Shown one piece after another: positions 34,801 to 36,379 of a stretch of DNA of 36,379 nucleotides (positions within the stretch are counted from its first letter, which is position 1; each line of letters begins with the position of its first letter). This DNA is from Desulfobacterales bacterium (lineage in GTDB: Bacteria > Desulfobacterota > Desulfobacteria > Desulfobacterales > JAHEIW01). The stretch is from positions 2,300-38,678 of the forward strand of contig JARRJQ010000013.1 of NCBI GenBank assembly GCA_037388985.1, in the 5' to 3' direction. A program made the translations under genes and the position numbers. The notes under the pieces are model-generated. The model was not told the DNA's origin, did no database searches, and was given only the letters and a program-made list of their open reading frames with translations.

Positions 34801-35765
34801 AACTTTTGCAAACCGGCAACGGTCAAAACACTCAGCAGCGCCAGCGAAACGAAAAGGGCCAGAATAATCCGGTTTACAGATTTTTTGACCTCACTGTGTA
34901 TTTCTTCAACTGGAATAATCATTCCGAGTTTCCAGCCCAGCTCGGGAGACGTATAAAAGAAAAGATAGCGTTTTTCCGACTTTTTGGTGACGGTTAAAAA
35001 GCCCTGGCTCTCTTTAAAAAATGCTTCCAAATCATCTTTGAATAAAGCATCGATGGTCAGTCCCCGCAAAGCGCGATCCGAGCTGGCCAGAAAAGTTCCT
35101 TCCCCGTCCAGTAAAACCATATACCCCTTATGGCCTACTTTGACGTTTTCAATATAATCGGTAAGATTGGTAATGGTGACATCAATGCCCACCACGCCGT
35201 AAATCTCACCCTTTTCGTCCAGCAGCGCCTTGACCGTTCCGATGTTGACATCCGGGGAGGTTACTGACGCATATGGAGGGGTTCGCATGACTTTTCCCGG
35301 ATTCTCCTTTGCCAGCGTGTACCAGGGCCGTGTTCGCGGATCATATTTTGTAGGCCGTGTTCTTCTATGCGAGCGCACAAAACTGCCGTTTTCCCGGCCC
35401 ATGTAAACCGAGTTCACATATTTATGAGCTTGTCGATAGCGGTTGAAGATGTCGATGATCTTCTGTTCCAGTGGGCCGATGTCATATTGGAAGGTATCAG
35501 GGTCTGCTTCTAAAAAATTGGTAAATTTCTGATCGTTTCTGGATCTGACCGTTTCATTGGAAACCAGTTCATTCAGATCTTCTTCGACCTGATAAAAATA
35601 GCTATTCAGGGCAAAATCAATGTGGGCCAACTCGTTCTGGATGCCCTTATATATCGTCGAAAACCGTTCCTTTTTCAGCCTTGATGAAACGAAGCTGCCA
35701 ATTGAAAGCAGGATTAAAAGGCCAATCGCCACATAAAGCAGCAATATTTTAGACCTGAGCTTCAT
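31818..35765 (-). CDS. hybrid sensor histidine kinase (TM-Cache-TM-HAMP-PAS-HisKA-HATPase-REC-REC-Hpt)
   Basis: 1315 aa. H-box [10 protein letters not shown]-box DTGIGL...GTGLGL, two receiver domains (DWKMPGMDG; [10 protein letters not shown]) and a C-terminal Hpt domain (HNLKG). Confidence 0.9.
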   Translation of the reverse strand: MKLRSKILLLYVAIGLLILLSIGSFVSSRLKKERFSTIYKGIQNELAHIDFALNSYFYQVEEDLNELVSNETVRSRNDQKFTNFLEADPDTFQYDIGPLEQKIIDIFNRYRQAHKYVNSVYMGRENGSFVRSHRRTRPTKYDPRTRPWYTLAKENPGKVMRTPPYASVTSPDVNIGTVKALLDEKGEIYGVVGIDVTITNLTDYIENVKVGHKGYMVLLDGEGTFLASSDRALRGLTIDALFKDDLEAFFKESQGFLTVTKKSEKRYLFFYTSPELGWKLGMIIPVEEIHSEVKKSVNRIILALFVSLALLSVLTVAGLQKFVIKPIKKLNDGTRMIAQTGDLDYQIEIKSKDEVGSLAQSFNEMIASIDQAESALKQSESELKKHRDHLEELVAERTAELKENQKRLEQAEERSRLLLESAGEGIFGVGRDGLVSFINPAGLAMLGFKAEEVIGQQIHALVHHTHADGTPYPLADCPMHQTLTKGTSAKIDDEILWRKDGTFFPVEYSSVPIARNGTLTGSVVVFSDITGRKQMEVELIEAKQAAEEANRAKGDFLANMSHEIRTPMNAIIGMAHLALKTELTSKQRDYLTKIQSSANSLLGIINDILDFSKIEAGKLDMESIDFNLDEVLDNLANLVTVKAQEKKDLEVLFATAQDVPHFLVGDPLRLGQILINLANNAVKFTEQGEIVVSTELLKQSEERITLKFAVSDTGIGLTQEQAARMFQSFSQADTSTTRKYGGTGLGLAISKRLVEMMNGEIWVESKLGRGSTFSFTATFGPGKQRAKRHFATSPEMRGMKVLVVDDNFTSREIFQDMLESFSFNVALAASGPEGLVELENAPEEGPIELVIMDWKMPGMDGIEAARRIKQHSGLKYIPAIIMVTAYGREDVMRKAEHLGLDGFLLKPVSPSVLFYAIMQAFGKEVLETSHRARMKAQETDTLRNIRGAQVLLAEDNEINQQVAREILEGAGLRVTLANNGQEAVVAVQNNHYDAVLMDIQMPVMDGYTATRKIREWEKEIQKANSALSPQSSALPIIAMTAHAMAGDEERSMTAGMNGHVTKPIDPDQLFATLQKWIQPTGKHVPVRPAVPSAAKAAAIKTMPPKTVLPDSLPGFDLAEGLKRLRGNQQLYRKLLMDFGGKYTQVAAEIRQALDAGDLKQAHSLIHNLKGLAGNLAATELQASAVELEKLVKGDQAKAVSQKQWDPKFAKLEKSINHALEAVQTLGPVPAEKPQRPSSNEMVDLPPNLAEEAVDRIKEPAEMGDVTQVKSIVAELKSKSDAFIPIGDQFVRLAEDFDFEGISKLVGELEKLAKKA

Positions 35766-35785
35766 GGCATTTTCTCCAAATGCGC

Positions 35786-35903
35786 CAAAATTTTAAAATG
35801 ATCTAAAATGCCTAAATTTGAGGAATTCTATCATATGATAAAAGATGGAGCACAGCGACACCATAACTTTAGGCATTTTAGATCATTTTAGGCACTTTAG
35901 ACA
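35786..35903. repeat. Word-arm inverted repeat; homolog of the 21110-21274 element
   Basis: Perfect 22-bp stem AAAATGATCTAAAATGCCTAAA (35794-35815) / TTTAGGCATTTTAGATCATTTT (35867-35888). The loop contains AAAAGATGGAGC (35839-35850). Confidence 0.75.
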
Positions 35904-35957
35904 CTTCTTACTTTGAAGCACCTTTGGATTTTTTTCTTTGCCTTCGGAGGTAAACCG

Positions 35958-36379
35958 CTATTTTTGAGTTAATATCTCGACACCGGTCCAATCTTCGGGA
36001 ACGCCGTTTACCATGTAATTGGCGGAGCGTTTGAGATAGATGCGGGCGGCCAGATCATCCGGGTGTTTTCCCAGCACTTGGTTAAACTTGACGCTGGCCT
36101 CGGTGAATTTGCGGTCATAAAAAAGACCCAGCCCCTCTTCGAAATCATCTTTGGTCATTTCTTTCAACTCAATCACCGCTGCTGGATCACCGTCAAAGAC
36201 TTCATGCACCGATACCGGATCTTTTTTGCCCTTTACCTGAACTTTATCAACGAAACGATGTTTGTACTGGTCCGGATCTTTTAGTTGGGCCAGAGTGGGC
36301 TCGCTGATCGTAATTGAGGATCCATATACGCGGGTTAATCCTTCCAGGCGCGATGCCAGGTTGACCGCATCTGCGACCA
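35958..36379 (-). CDS. class III adenylate/guanylate cyclase, C-terminal fragment with a TPR-like tail (5' end lies outside the window)
   Basis: The frame is open to the window edge. It translates as VADAVNLASRLEGLTRVYGSSITISE...VQVKGKKDPVSVHEV, then a helical-repeat tail. Confidence 0.8.
   Translation of the reverse strand, partial: VADAVNLASRLEGLTRVYGSSITISEPTLAQLKDPDQYKHRFVDKVQVKGKKDPVSVHEVFDGDPAAVIELKEMTKDDFEEGLGLFYDRKFTEASVKFNQVLGKHPDDLAARIYLKRSANYMVNGVPEDWTGVEILTQK

Noticed and set aside
4981-35903. Could the repeated short tracts be CRISPR arrays?
   Set aside because: The units are 7-10 nt, directly tandem and without spacers, and they are arranged as inverted arms. No 25-40-nt repeat/spacer periodicity exists and no cas genes are present in the window.
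1-36379. tRNA, rRNA, tmRNA or a known riboswitch in the spacers
   Set aside because: I saw no cloverleaf-like T-arm/anticodon arrangement, no rRNA-like conserved blocks, and no recognisable riboswitch cores (cobalamin, SAM, TPP) by eye. This is a weak negative, and a covariance-model scan would be needed to be sure.

Overview
This 36.4 kb window is ordinary chromosomal housekeeping DNA. By gene content it probably comes from an anaerobic Desulfobacterota-type bacterium, but that is inference only. About 32 CDS are present, mostly on the minus strand. In order: an AsmA-like 3' fragment, a hypothetical, hisG-hisI, a PBP1A gene split in two, a Liv-type branched-chain amino acid ABC operon with an extra truncated binding-protein gene, an ELP3-like radical SAM gene, rnc, a PHP phosphoesterase, a DksA/TraR protein, fabD, a sirC-like/ccsA/hemA cluster, an MBL hydrolase, a DHH phosphoesterase, clpB, trmL, a zinc-ribbon protein, a PK_C-like protein, an RRM protein, a B12-binding radical SAM gene, a cold-shock protein, a STAS / REC-PP2C pair facing a 1315-aa hybrid histidine kinase, and the 3' end of a class III nucleotidyl cyclase. 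I found no CRISPR array, cas genes, phage genes, transposase, tRNA or rRNA, and no recognisable defence or toxin-antitoxin cassette. The unusual material is non-coding. (1) Nearly every intergenic spacer carries long inverted repeats whose arms are short tandem words with about a 7-nt period, an architecture like cyanobacterial STRR repeats. One such word tract also sits in frame inside the histidine kinase gene. (2) A modular MITE-like repeat family has at least five copies. Two copies have perfect terminal inverted repeats flanked by TA. A 74-nt core shared by two copies shows four compensatory base-pair changes. Several genes also look damaged: the PBP1A split at an A5 run, a LivG missing its signature and Walker B region, a binding protein without its N-terminus, and an RRM protein without a start codon or RNP2 motif. 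All calls come from reading the sequence and ORF translations by eye; no database search was run.
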